A stretch of DNA of 64,000 nucleotides, taken from positions 62,001 through 126,000 of the forward strand of contig JAUCBJ010007243.1 in assembly GCA_032718475.1 (NCBI GenBank), read 5' to 3'. A program made the translations under genes and the position numbers. The notes beneath the pieces were generated by a model. That model had not been told where the DNA came from, searched no databases, and saw only the letters and a list, made by a program, of their open reading frames with translations. Position 1 is the stretch's first letter, and each line of letters opens with the position of its first letter. The stretch comes from Nemertoderma westbladi. Lineage: Eukaryota; Animalia; Xenacoelomorpha. Positions 13,219 to 26,250 of this stretch are shown here, piece after piece.

Positions 13219-13664
13219 AGCTGTGGCTGACAGTGTGACAGTCCTTCATTTGTTTTATCTTTTAATATTTACTCGCCACATTCCCCACCATGATTTTTGA
13301 AACAATCTATTGAAACGTTTAAGAGACCTTCATGTAGCACGTCAGCACGTCCACGTGGCTGCGTGTGGTAGGTGGTAGGTTTAGGTAGGCCTACTGCAGT
13401 ACTGTAACAAATCTATTGAAACATTTACTGATTTAAGATACCTTCTGCCTTCGCGCAGTATCGGTATATGGGATACTAATTAGATTATTGATAATGAGAT
13501 TATTTGTGTGGTCCTCATTCTCCTCCATTCACTGCTATAGTGTAGCTGGATGATTATATTATATATTGAAGAAGATTAAGGATATTCATTTGATCTGTTG
13601 ATACTGCGGATTATACTGTATTGAATAAGTCTATAAAGATATTCAATCCGGGTTACAATACAAG

Positions 13665-14129
13665 ATGTCGACTGCCAGCGCCACAATTGATAGGCAGACC
13701 AGCTCTCCAAGCAACAGAAGAGTATCCCTAATCGGTTCGTCAAAATCTACAGCAACGCGAACTTCGGCTGGGAACACCACCAATAAAACCAAACAAAATA
13801 ACACAATGTCCCAACGGACATCTACTGATGGTTACTGTGCATCTACGAACACAATTTCCACAGTATCGCAGAGGAAAAAAGCAAAACCGAGAGAATGGAT
13901 CACCACAAAGATTGAATGCTCCATCTGCCAAATTACCTGGACTGAAATTGAAACGCAGGTGGCTGTTGAGCTTGACATATCCTCACAAAACTTTATTTGC
14001 GGTGTGTGTTCTGCTCAAAAGATTGAAAAGTTGGAAGCTGATCAAGCTACCCTACTGATAGACAACAGCAACCTATCGAAACAACTAGTCCATCTGAGAA
14101 ACTTAACGAATGATGTTCACAACGTTTAA
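13665..14129 (+). mobile_element. Possible truncated LINE ORF1 (Cys-pair zinc finger followed by coiled coil)
   Basis: 154-aa ATG ORF with an S/T-rich N-terminus, CSIC...CGVC and a heptad-like KIEKLEADQATLLIDNSNLSKQLVHL. It ends abruptly at a tandem repeat. Family assignment is inference. Confidence 0.4.
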
Positions 14130-14685
14130 CTGTTGAAACGTTTAAGAGACCTTCGCGCAGCACGTGGCGTGCTCCAACATTGTGTAACAAGCTGTTCAAA
14201 TGTTTAAGAGACCTTCGCGCAGCACGTGGCTTACTGTAACATTGTGTAACAAGCTGTTGAAACGTTTGAGAGACTTTCGCGCAGCACGTGGCGCACTGTA
14301 ACATTGTTAACAAGCTGTTGAAACGTTTAATAGACCTTCGTGCAGCACATGGGGGTACTGAAACATTCTGTTGAAACGTTTGAGAGACCTTCGCGCAGCA
14401 CGTGGCACACAGTAATATTGTATAACAAGCTGTTCAAATGTTTAAGAGACCTTCGCGCAGCACGTGGCTTACTGGAACATTATGTAACAATATGTTGAAA
14501 CGTTTGAGAGACCTTCGCGCAGCACGTGGCGTACTCCAACATTGTGTAACAAACTGTTGAAACGTTTAAGATACCTCCGCGTTCGCGCAGTATGTGAGAT
14601 GCTGAAACAATCTGTTGAAACGGTTCAAAGGCCTTCGCGCAGCACATGAGACACTAAAACAATATATTGAAACGATTAAGAGGTC
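14130..14685. repeat. Tandem repeat of about 61 bp, about 9 units
   Basis: Unit ~tgttgaaacgtttaagagaccttcgcgcagcacgtggcgtactgtaacattgtgtaacaagc. Related degenerate units occur at about 13300-13345 and 19045-19080. Confidence 0.85.
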
Positions 14686-14965
14686 TATATATTTTCCATC
14701 ATAGCTAACACCCCAATTCATGATATTGACTGATTGAATGGGATAATCTTTTTAGGCTCATTAAGCAGTTAAGCCAAGGAATGCCTGTTCACCATCACCA
14801 CCATGGATGATATTCTATAGTAAACCTCTTCCATTTTCTTTTCCAAAGTTGCTTTGGTTCCCATTTATCGACCACTCACAAGGATGAAAGCTAGGGATGG
14901 TCTAGGCTGAAGCATTTAAAGCACTGTCAGACTGTGCAACTGTGCTCAAACAGTGCTGCCCTCGT

Positions 14966-17900
14966 CAGTAGGGAACATACCCTTAAATAAGCTCCAAAAG
15001 TTCTTATTTAAGGAAAATGGCTCTTATTTAGGGGTTTTTGGGCCTTTTTTGGATATTTTTTCGATATAATATGCAATAACTTGTTTCAGGAAAAAATACC
15101 GCATAATTTTATTTCACAATGTATAAGTTGGGTCTTTCTTGAACATAAAGCAAAAAACCAGAAAACATTTCACCGTCCGGTTTTTTTTCTACAAGCGTTT
15201 TAAAATTGCATCAAAAATACGACTAGTTCCTAAATAAGGGGGATTTTTTAAATTTACCTTATTTAAGATATTGAAATTGTACACATAAATACTAAAAGTC
15301 CCTAAATAAGAACTTTTTGACCTGGGTTTCTTATTTAGGAATACAATTGTATTCCAAAATCTGCACATTCCTTAAATAAAATAAATATTCCTTATTCCTT
15401 ACAGTATGTGTTACACTTCTTTCATAATTCTTTGATTTATGTCAGTCTGTATATTGTTAATTGTTGGGTTAAGGATAAGGACAATGGTTGCACTGCACTC
15501 TATAAATCATCTATAGAATATCGTATCATAATGAAGTTGCTAGCACTGGCATTCTTACCTCACACGGTAGCATAGAATAGACCATTGATATTCAAAAGAA
15601 TAGCCCATCTGAGCGCACATACATTGTCACGTATTTCGATGAAACATGACTCAAGTAACTGGACATCGCCGCACAGTTTCGAAAAACTAACTTGTGTCCT
15701 GCATTTCCTCTTCTGCTCCGCGTTACGCCCCACTGGATTATCCACAATGTTGTACTTGAAAGGTGTGAAAAGAGTGAAAAACCAGACTGCCAGATGTCAA
15801 TGTCATGTCAATAGACACAAAGATGGTTCGGTTGGGCATGGGCAGCTGATAGACGTTATGAAGGTTAAAGATGATGACTGGATGACGTTTTGGCTCAACT
15901 GGCTCAGGCATGAGTGGGACACGTTCGTGGGACCTTTGCGCAGCATGAAGTGAGCAAAGCCTTAGCTAGCCCTAGCTGATAGGGGCCCCACCCCATTAAC
16001 ATGATGTCTTTCGTTAGTCAGAGGTCATTCAACACAATACTCGTCTCCTTAATTTGCCTCATTGCGCTCGTTTGTTTTTTACCAAACTTCAGATTATTTC
16101 TAATCTTTTGACAGACTACATACATACTAAGTTTCGTTTAATTTCATCAAGGAATGACCGAGTTATTAGCGATAAAAATTTACAACGACGACAGACAACT
16201 CGTTAATAGCACCCATCCCATATGCTAAAGGCTTCGCTCACTTGAACGTGGCTCTCCCCCACATTCAATCCGGTTCGACGCAGTTTGTTGCTCGTTGTTG
16301 CTCATTCAGTCATTGATGCTCATTGTGCTTTATTATTTCTCATTGTTGGTTATTGTTGCTCATTGTTGCTCGTTGTTGGTCATTGTTGCTCATTGTTGCT
16401 TGTTCGTGCTCATTGTTGCTCGTTAGTTGTACTTTATTATTGCTCGTTGTACTCTATTATTGCTCGTTGTTGCTCATTATTGCTCATTGTTACTCATTGA
16501 TGCTCGTTGTTGTACTTTATTATTGCTCGTTCAATCGTTGTTCCTCATTATTGCTCGTTGTTTCTCGTTGTTGTACTTTATTATTGCTCATTGTTGGTCA
16601 ATATTACTCGTTGTTGCTCGTTCAGTCGTTGTTGCTCATTGTTGCTCGTTGTTGTACTTTATTATTGCTCATTGTTGCTCAGTGTTTCTTATTGTTGCTC
16701 GTTGTTGCTCAATGTTACTCGTTGTTATACTTTGTTGTTGCTCAATGTTACTCGTTGTTATACTTTATTATTGCTCAATGTTACTCGTTATTTTGTTACT
16801 CATTGTCATTGTTACTCGTTGTTCCTCATGTCCTAATTATTGGTCGTTGTTTCTCGTTGTTGTACTTTATTATTGCTCATTGTTGCTCGTTGTTTCTCAA
16901 TGTTGCTCGTTGTTGTACTTTATTATTGCTCGTTCAGTCGTTGTTCCTCATTGTTGCTCGCTGTTTCTCGTTGTTGCTCATTGTTGCTCAGTGTTGCTCG
17001 TTGTTGCTCATTATTACTCATTGTTACTCGTTGTTGCTCGTTGTTGTACTTTATTATTGCTCGTTCAGTCGTTGTTCCTCATTGTTGCTCGTTGTTGTCC
17101 TTTATTATTGCTCGGTGTTTCTCAATGTTACTCGTTGTTGCTCATTGTTGCTCGTTGTTGCTCGTTCAATCGTTTTTCCTCATTATTGCTCATTGTTGTT
17201 CGTAGTTTCTCGCTGGTGCTCATTGTTGTACTTTATTATTGCTCATTTTTGCTCGTTGTTGCTCATTGTTGCTCAATGTTACTCGTAGTAGTCGTAGTTG
17301 CTCATTGTTACTCGTTGTTGCTCATTGTTGCTCGTTCAGTCGTTATTCCTCATCATTGCTTGTTGTTGTACTTTAGTATTGCTCAATGTTACTCGTTGTT
17401 GCTCGTTGTTACTCGTTGTTGCTCGTTGTTTTGTTACTCATTGTTCATTTGTTGCTCGTTGTTGCTTATTGTTGGTCATTGTTGCTCGTTGTGCATTTTT
17501 GCACCTATCCAATTAAGCTCAGAAGCTCCCTTATCTCTGCATCTTGCAGACATAATAAGAAACATTATATAAGGATATTTAATTTAATTTATTTAATTTA
17601 ATATATGAGAAATGAGGCCAGTATTGGTTGACAGGATATACGCAATGCGTATCCCATTGCGCCTCATAATAGCCCCTCGTCAACAAGTCAACCCCATCGA
17701 CTAGCGGCACTGGCTGTTTCAGCTGACGGCGTGACGGGGCTCTGTCGAAAAACGCGTCCCTGATGCAGTAAGGGCCCTCTTTTGAGGAGCAATATTATTA
17801 TTGTCGCGGAACTGCTTCTACTCTCTGTGAGAAATGAGAAATATTTAATTTATTTAAGGAGTATCAGAGTATGCAGATTTTGGAATGAAATTGTATACCT

Positions 17901-18274
17901 AAATAAGAAACCCATGTCAAAAAGTTCTTATTTAAGGACTTTTAGTATTTATGTGTACAATTTCGATGTCTTAAATAAGGTAAATTTAAAAATCCCTCTT
18001 ATTTAGGAACTGGTCGTATTTTTGATGCCATTTTAAAACGCTTGTAGAAAAAAAACCGGACGGTGAAATGTTTTCTGGTTTTTTGCATTATGTTCAAGAA
18101 AGAACCAACTTTTATATTGTGTAATAAAATTATGCGGTATTTTTTACTGAAACAAGTTCTTGCATATTATGTCGAAAAAATATCCAAAAAAGGCCCAAAA
18201 ACCCCTAAATAAGAGCCATTTTCCTTAAATAAGAACCCACTTTTGGAGCTTATTTAAGGGTATGTTCCCTACTG
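14966..18274. mobile_element. Non-autonomous long-TIR DNA transposon, copy 2 (complete; about 400-bp TIRs, 5-bp TSD CTCGT)
   Basis: CAGTAGGGAACATACCC... at 14966 is mirrored by ...GGGTATGTTCCCTACTG at 18274. CTCGT lies at 14961-14965 and 18275-18279. No transposase ORF. Confidence 0.9.
16285..17495. repeat. Low-complexity TTGTTGCTC-type array inside transposon copy 2
   Basis: Same unit family as 11385-12695, with a different unit order. Confidence 0.9.
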
Positions 18275-18861
18275 CTCGTGCACCATGCCGTGCCCAGGCT
18301 GGCGTGCCCCATCTAGGGATCGAAACAGGGCTTCCTAATTGGAAGCCCAGGTATGTCACCAATAGACCAAGCTGCAGCTGTAGCTGTGCTTCTAGCGTAG
18401 AACTGTGCTGTAAAGGGTACAGCTCTAGTCATGCACATATAGCCTTATGATCGGACCCCTGTGCTGTACCTTGTTACTTGTTAGTGTTACAGCAGTCATC
18501 CTCCATAGCATCTCTGCAAACAAAGTCCAATTTTGGAATGTATGAATACATTTCTGCAAAAGCATGGTAGGAATAATGAATTTGGCACAAAAAACATATA
18601 TTTATTGAAAAATGATAGAATTTATGATGGAAATATACTTGCAGGACTTTAAAATATTTTTTTTTAATTTAGAAAAGTCCAATTTTGGAGTGTATTCCGA
18701 TTTCGGAATCTACCCTCGCACAAAGTTCCAAAATTGGAATAAGTCCAAAATCGCCTATATCACCGACTGTATAATATTCATTGTTGTTTCTCATCGTTGT
18801 TTCGCTTTACATTGCGATTTTATCTGTTTAGTGCATATAATTTGTTGTTGACGTAAAAAAA

Positions 18862-18888
18862 TCAAATCAAATCAAATCAAATCAAATC
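18862..18888. repeat. (AAATC)n microsatellite
   Basis: About 6 perfect aaatc units. Confidence 0.9.
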
Positions 18889-20190
18889 ACGTCAGCACGT
18901 CCACGTGGCTGCGTGTGGTAGGTGGTAGGTTTAGGTAGGCCTACTGCAGTACTGTAACAAATCTATTGAAACATTTACTGATTTAAGATACCTTCTGCCT
19001 TCGCGCAGTATCGGTATATGGGATACTACTGTACCGTACCGTGCTGAAACAATCAGTTGAAACGTTTAAGATACCTTTGTGCATAACATTCTGCCTTTCC
19101 CGATTTGCGATTGGGGAATTTGACCTAACTGAAGTAATAGGCCTACGGCTGTACGGTCAGACGGTACTGCAATTCAGCAATTACTGAATTAATAGGCCTA
19201 CACAGACAGACAGATACGGTACGGTACCGGTTGGCCGGTACTCAGGTCCTGGTACAGCTCCCAGATTGCCAGACATCAGACGCAGACAGCCGGAGGTAAA
19301 TCTGTAAATCAGTAAATACAGAAATACTTCAGTACTACCAGACTACTTAGGCCTACGCCTACCTTACCCCAACGGTCTGATACCTATCTCTTTATCTTCT
19401 TCTGACTCTCTCTGTCTCTGAAGTACTGAAGTCCTGGAAGTCGGAAGTCTGAACTGCTGAACTGAATGTGGAATGAAGTACAGGTACTTACTTACTGCTG
19501 TACTGACTTAAAGCAGGAAAGCGCATCGCAACCTGACACGCCGACAGTCCACTCTACTTCTGACTGCAGTACTGCTCTATGGATTTTTGATCAGCTGCTT
19601 AAATTCGGACAAACTTTTTGATATTGATTTCTCATTGGTTACCTTGTATATCATAGCCTATTCACCAACTACTACTACGCAACTACTGGTAATTATTAAT
19701 ATCTTGATGACTCACTGTACTGTAACTACCTATGTAAAACCACCTAAACTCGGCAAACGTTCAGAACTAGATACGCAGAACACAATAGAGGCCTACAAAA
19801 GTAGAGTTGGATTGGGGGGGGGGATTGATTCCCTTGTTTGTTCTCACTCCCTGTGCATTTTCCCTGGTGTATTTTAACCCCCTCCAGTGAATACTATAAT
19901 ATAATAATAATATTGGTTATTTATATAGCGCTTTTCTACGCTCAGCATACTCAAAGCGCTTTTATTATCATTACCCCAGCACGGTATTATTATCAATACA
20001 CATGCATTTGTCCATTTTCACACTATGTCTGTCTGTGCAAGTCCATCCCCATCCCCGGTTAATTTCCCTAGTATCTTTAGCGCCCTCAGTGAAAAGCCCA
20101 TCTTCCCCATTCCCACCAATCGTACAGGAATTTATAGTACTCACAACACATTTCAACTAACGAGGTAATGCTCGTCATTAGTTTATTTAA

Positions 20191-21240
20191 GGGGAGTTTA
20201 AGGGGATTTAAGGACAATTTTTCCATACAAACTAATATTCAGTCTCGGTACACTTTTAGCACGCATCAGATTACTTTACAGGCCAACTGTTCTTGCATTC
20301 CACCCGGAAATTAATGGGCTTTCTGCTTTCTGGAGAACCAATGTTTTTTTCATATATTTAGCTTATTTTTTTAAAAGTGGACCTAATTTTCCAAAAAAAA
20401 ATAGCCATATAATTAGTGTCACAAGCATTAAAATTACAATTCGATGCTTGTGCGTACATAATATATATAAAATAATTGGTTCACGTTATTCTACGTTAAA
20501 TAATGATCCTAGTGAGCATCTTTAAAGTCTATAACTATCAAATTGCAGCTGAGAAAAATGTACCGAAAGAATTTTAAAAACTCATTTTGAGAAAAATCCA
20601 GTTAAAATTTGAACCTTCCCGCGCAAAAACTGTCTATTATTAGGAAATAATGTCTAAATAATTTTTGCTATGGGGTTTTCCTGGTCGCTGAATTCATTTC
20701 TGAGGTTAGTTTTCACTTTTAATTCAATTTTATTTGTCTGTATGTCTGTCTGTTGGTCTTTCTGACTATCCGTCAATCTGTCCGTCAAATATAAGAAAAG
20801 GGCATACAATCTAGTTAAACGTTTAGGTAGAGGGGTTTTCCTGGTCGCATAATTAATTTCGAGTGACAGTTTGTTTTAACATTTGATGACCTCCAAATTG
20901 TCTGTTTGGCAGTCAGTTTGTCGGTTATATTTTGACGGACAGACTGACAGAGGCTTACAGACAGAAACGACGAGGCCAAATTTGAATAGTGGCAACATAA
21001 ATGAAGTCACCGACCACGAAAACCCATTTAGGGAATTTTTTTAGACAGATAGTTTGCTTTTTATTGACGGACAGACATTCTGACGGACAAACCGACAGTC
21101 AATCGGACAGACAGCCATATCTCGAGAAGTAAGATATATCTTGTTAAACGCTTTTCAAATTTGGAATCTTGATAAAAATTGGCTCCAGATGAAACAGAAA
21201 AAAAATTGAAAAAAAATTGGATGCCTGTACTAAACTCCCC
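20191..21240. mobile_element. Non-autonomous DNA transposon with TTAA TSD (Kolobok-like termini)
   Basis: TTAA|GGGGAGTTTA ... TAAACTCCCC|TTAA. A TTAA target with purine-starting termini fits Kolobok rather than piggyBac (CCC termini). Confidence 0.65.
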
Positions 21241-21554
21241 TTAACCTCGCTTTCTCCATATAGTCTTACTGCGCTCCAGCCTGCCAGGTAACAAACAGTC
21301 AAGAGCGAGAGAGTGAATGTCGTCTTGCACCCGGTGTTTCAAGTAGGTAAAGGCTACTGACCGGAACCATTGCCATTTAAAGAAGCAGGTTAAAGAGGCG
21401 GGTTGGGGGGAACCAAGGCAATAAAACGAAAGTTAACACATGTTACAAGATTATGCAGGTTACTTTATTGCGGTAATAGGCCCTACAGTTATGGTCCGGT
21501 CAATAATACACAAGTAAAATATAAATCAAATATAAAGCTTCAATATGGTAATTA

Positions 21555-21955
21555 AACGGTCCGGTCGATGGGTCCGGTCAGTAGGTCCGGTCAATGGGTT
21601 GGGTCAATGGGTCCGGTCAGTGGGTCCGGTCAGTGGGTCCGGTCAGTAGGTCCGGTCAGTGGGTCCGGTCAATGGGTCCGGTCAATGGTTCCCGTCAGTG
21701 GATCCGGTCAGTGCGTCCGGTCAATGCGTCCGGTCAGTGGATCCGGTCAGTGGATCCGTTCGTTCAGTGGGTCCGGTCAATGCGTCCGGTCAGTGGATCC
21801 GGTCAGTGGGTCCGGTCAATGGATCCAGTCAGTGGATCCGGTCAGTGGATCCGGTCATTGGATCCGTTCGTTCAGTGGGTCCGGTCAATGCGTCCGGTCA
21901 GTGGATCCGGTCAGTGGGTCCGATCAATGTGTCCAGTCAATGGGTCCGGTCAGTA
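21555..21955. repeat. 13-bp minisatellite (GGGTCCGGTCAGT), about 30 units
   Basis: Tandem gggtccggtcagt / ggatccggtcagt / gcgtccggtcaat variants, with internal block duplication. Confidence 0.9.
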
Positions 21956-23413
21956 GCCACTACTTTTCAAGTAGGCCATCACTGGTCGTTTATTATGATT
22001 ATTTCAATGTGAGACAGAAGGTCTGGAATTTCGGTCCGTCGATTTCAAAATCGTTTCAATATTTCAACTAAATAAGTCATTTCAATGTCAATGCTACTCC
22101 ATGGACACATTGTGATCAAACTTCGATCAATGTTTGATCAAAGTTTGATCACAGGAATTCGTTTTGTGAGCGGGGTTGTATTAAGGCTAGGCAATGAACT
22201 AAAGAGTCAACATTTGTTTATTTTCCTTAACTTCGTGGTTGCATTTCCTTAAGGAAATGCCTTTCTAGTATACAGTATAACTGTATAACTCATCTTTTTA
22301 CAAGCCTCGTTGTGCTCGTCATTCAGTCAGCATGTACATTTGACAGCTAATAATAGCCTGCAACTGTATAAGGATGAGGTGTACTGTAACTGTAGGCTTA
22401 TATCGTATTGAAATTAATATTGAAATTTAAAATAGGCCTACTGTATCATAGAGATATGCCAATACACTGAGGGGGGTTACAATTCACTAAAAAATCACCC
22501 AGAGTAGTTTCACCCCCGGTTAAAATAACCTAGTGAATTCTAACCGGGGGTGAAAAAAATACACTAGGGAATTTTAACCGTGAGGTGCATTTTTAGGGGG
22601 GGGGGGGGGATGTTCTGCTACACCGGTAGTGGCATAAGCAAGGAGTAGGCCGAACTTTACTCACTTCAACGGGTGTTTAACCGTACGTATAACGCTGTTT
22701 CAACCCCCAGCGACGAGCTTCCTCATTTTTTCCATTTCTGAACAAAACCATAATATTACAGTACATCAAATGCTTTCAACACTGACCCAAATATATAAGT
22801 GGCACACTACAGTACTGTAGCTGTATGTCAATAGATCCAAAGGAAATCCGATAATTTTTAACACCGACCCAAATTGTGTGGCAGATTGGTTGAACCCGGT
22901 GCTAAAGGATGATAGATACATTCAACACGGAGCCAAACGGTGGAAGATCCGTTGCACAGAGATTTTTCACTGCCACAATATCTTGTACCCATGAGCTTAC
23001 GAACCTCTTCTCGGTTAGCGGTATTAATTCTGAAAGTTTAGATTTAACCAAAACTTGAACATGTCCACTACTTAATTCGTGAGCATCATATTCTCGTAAA
23101 ATTGTTTCACTATCTGATTGAAGGCCATGTTCAATACTAACAGTACTTATCTAGTAGGCCTACTATATCATCCCCAGAATTATATAAATTTGTGGCATAT
23201 AATATGAACCGTATGCCAAGGCTCGCCGACTACGTTTCTCGCTCCATAGTATTGACATCACAACATCCCAACTGGTCGGTACTGCATCACAATCTGACTG
23301 ACAAACATTGGACAAGCAGTGGGGCGAGCCACAGTTGAGGCAGAGCTTAGAACTACAGTAGGAAAGTGTAAATCAGTGTCACATGAAACGGTTGAATTTA
23401 CATTGATTATCAT

Positions 23414-23760
23414 CTACATCTGCAAGCACTGTATTTTTTCGATTTTCTCCTCAAAGAAGTTTATCAGCCAAAGACTCATCAGGTTCATGGCGTGGAAACC
23501 TTCTTTACACTTCCACGATAGCACCTTATTCGCAATTAATACTAAACAACTTTTTCGAGTCACCGGAGTACCGATTACTACGATGTCCATGTAAATATGT
23601 AGTCTCCCTTTGCCAAAGTTATCAATCAGGTCCACTCCAATCCAGACTTTTGACATTGGGTCCTTCATAATCCGGCAGCACAGTGATGAACCGAGCTATA
23701 TTATACCCGTAAAATGTCTCATCAGTTTTATGACCACAATATCATACTACAGTAGTCGAT
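23414..23760 (-). pseudogene. Possible heavily decayed piggyBac-like transposase fragment
   Basis: Minus translation ...FGKGRLHIYMD... resembles the G.G.HIYMDN segment around a piggyBac catalytic Asp. The match is weak. Confidence 0.25.
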
Positions 23761-24154
23761 ATTAGAGAGGGTGTCGCTCTCTCAGCCTTGATCGACTTGA
23801 ATTAAACATGTTTCCATGTCAACAGTGACTGAGACCATAGCAACCGCTGTTATAAACACTCAGTATCTAGAGTATTTTCACCAATTTGGTCTTTATCAAT
23901 GATTGCCAATCTAATGAACCCAGTCCCGAAGCACTGTTGAGATAGCAACCGTTGCGTTGTTAGGGGCAGTAATCGCCATAACTAACATCAATTTAAGCAT
24001 TAGGGCTACTGTGTATATCAAGGTTATTCAAATTGGTTTCGAGTCACAATTCAATTTAATCAATTCACAATATATTGTTTCCGAATTATAGGCAGTTACA
24101 GTTGTGGTAACCAGAAAGAGTGACACAGGATACAGAATGAATGACAGTCAATTT

Positions 24155-24840
24155 TGAAAGTCCTCAGCAAGTCTCTGATCGGATGAGCATAAGCTCAAAG
24201 GATGGTATGCTCGAGCATGTGGATGACTTCTGTTACCTGGGATCATGGATCCTGAAGTCAGGTGAGGACCTTCGAATACGTAAGGTAAAGGCATGGGCGG
24301 CATTGCATAGGTTTCCAGGATTTGGAAGTCACCGAGAATTAATCGGAAACTTAAGGTCCGATTATTTAGAGCAGCAATAGTTCCAGTATTCCTGTATGGG
24401 AGTCCATGCTGGGCTCTAAGTGCTGAGGACACCAAATCTCTGGATGACACATTCACAAGAATGCTTCGCCGGGTTCATTGTGTGAAGTACAATGCACCAA
24501 TCTCCAACCAGACACTATATAACATTGGAGGTGTCTCATTGGTTCCCCCAAGCTTAACACTGGAACAAAGTCGCTTCCGCTTTGCAGGACATTGCATTCG
24601 CCGTGAGGACAATCCAGTGCATAATCTTGTGCTTTGGCAGCCTCATGGAGTGAATAAGCATGGAGTACAGCCCATGACTTTCTTAAGACGCATCTTAAAG
24701 GACACTGGCCTTGAAGATGCGGATGATCTAGCAGATATCATGGGTGATAGGGAGTTGTGGCGACAAATTTTGTCGACAAGCCGGCACAGCATTCTTAAAA
24801 ATGCAGCTGCAATGCAGCATGCCGATCCTAGTACTGTAGT
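24155..24840 (+). mobile_element. RTE-clade LINE 3' fragment (same family as 31-1005)
   Basis: Reverse complement of about 50-725. Translations LEHVDDFCYLGSWI, MLRRVHCVKY and RFAGHCIRRED are RTE C-terminal motifs. Confidence 0.85.
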
Positions 24841-25001
24841 AGGCACAGAATACACAATAATCAATAATTTGTTTTCCATTAGACATAATATTTACTATAG
24901 CATTTTTTATTTCCTGCATTTAGGGACAATTGGATGGATTGGATAATACTGTAATAGCTCGTGAGAAGCTAGTAAGCTTATTCAAACCGTTTAGGGTAGG
25001 G

Positions 25002-25799
25002 CAGGGACGGGTTAAGGGGGGGGGGGGGGGGCAACAGGGGCAGCTGCCGGGGGCCCGTAAGTTGGAAGGGGCCCGCAAGTTGGGAGAAATTTACCGAACA
25101 TTATCTCACTGATAAAACAACCTCATTTATTTATTAATTTCTGGCTGTTCAATAAATATTTATAGTAGGCCTATATCTCACATACTGTAGAGCACCATTC
25201 AGAGCACAGTGTCCCAGAGATTGTTTAAATTGTTTTAAAAAAATTTAAATTTTGAAAGTGTAAAGTAATGCTTAAAGGAAAACGTTAGCAAAAGGGTCGA
25301 TTTAAAATAATAGTAAATTATTACAATTAACATTTAATTTACCTTTCAATTAGATTTATCTGAAATCATTCACGAGTTCAGTAGTCACAAAGCTAGGAAA
25401 TTGCTTCTTTAAAGTAATTGTTGTGTCTAATTCATTGATATACCAATATAGTCGTTCCTAAGTATATAATTGATGTCTGTTGGATGGTGTAATTTTAGGA
25501 AAACAATATTGTTATTTAAATGATAAAGGACTATTATTCGATAAAAAAAAAGTAAGCGGAAATCACCGCTTTTTTCACTGATTTTCACTTAAACTATTCT
25601 GTCCATAGTGTTTTTCATTACGATTTATATCGAATATATTGTTTTATTTGAAAAAAATATCACCAGCGTTACTTATTTTTACCAACGGGGGGACCAAAAT
25701 TTTTTGCAATTGGTTTTCGTGGGGGGGGGGGGGGGGGGGGGGGGTAGGGGCGCGTAAGTTGCGACTGCCGGGGGCCCGAAAATCCATAATCCGTCCCTG
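25002..25799. mobile_element. hAT-type MITE with 8-bp TSD
   Basis: GGGTAGGG|CAGGGACGGGTTA ... TAATCCGTCCCTG|GGGTAGGG. CAGGG termini with an 8-bp TSD; subterminal GGGGCCCG motifs. Confidence 0.85.
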
Positions 25800-25974
25800 G
25801 GGTAGGGAAAAAAACCTGAAAGTATATAATAATATTGTAAAAATAATCTTAAATTATAGCGTAACAGAAGTCGTCCCCGCTGGTCTCAACATCCACCCAA
25901 AGCCATCGACACTGCTGTCCACACGTCGTCAAGTCGCCTCGTCAAACGCCTATGTGCCTAACTGCATTTTGTGA

Positions 25975-26250
25975 CGAGAAAAAGTGATTTTTAAGAGTTC
26001 TAATAAATCTGTTGCGATTTTTTATTTGAGAAAAACTAGTTGATATATTGTTCCAGAGAACCACTCCACGATAAGATATTGCCCTCTGACCGATGAGTAA
26101 ATTTTTACGTGGGATAAAAAAATAATTTTGAGTTGAAGACCGAGTTTTATATCTATGAGTAGGCCTATCAAGGGTAAATGAGAAAAGTGTTTTTAAGCCA
26201 GAACAGTCGTAATTATATAAAATACTGCGCATTAAAGAAGCAAGTTGTAG
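25975..26250 (-). mobile_element. L2/CR1-group LINE, ORF2 C-terminal fragment
   Basis: HRYKTRS...IGQRAISYRGVVLWNNI...FIRTLKNHF matches the H.Y.TR / SF.YRG..LWN / FK..LK C-terminal signature. Confidence 0.65.

Larger units (their letters stand above)
14800..18370 (-). mobile_element. tRNA-derived SINE split by transposon copy 2 (pieces at about 14800-14965 and 18275-18370)
   Basis: The minus strand at about 18315-18370 has a tRNA-like head with GTTTCGATCCC. The minus strand at about 14860-14892 has a SINE-body-like gctttcatcc...ggtcgataaatggg. Confidence 0.45.

Noticed and set aside
11345-17601. Cys/Leu/Val-rich 'membrane protein' ORFs in all frames
   Set aside because: They are products of the TTGTTGCTC low-complexity arrays inside a non-autonomous transposon.
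21555-21955. 13-bp repeat containing GGTCA as an autoregulatory NR2C response-element array
   Set aside because: The half-sites are CGGTCA/GGGTCC rather than AGGTCA direct repeats, and nothing in the sequence supports function. Kept only as a minisatellite.
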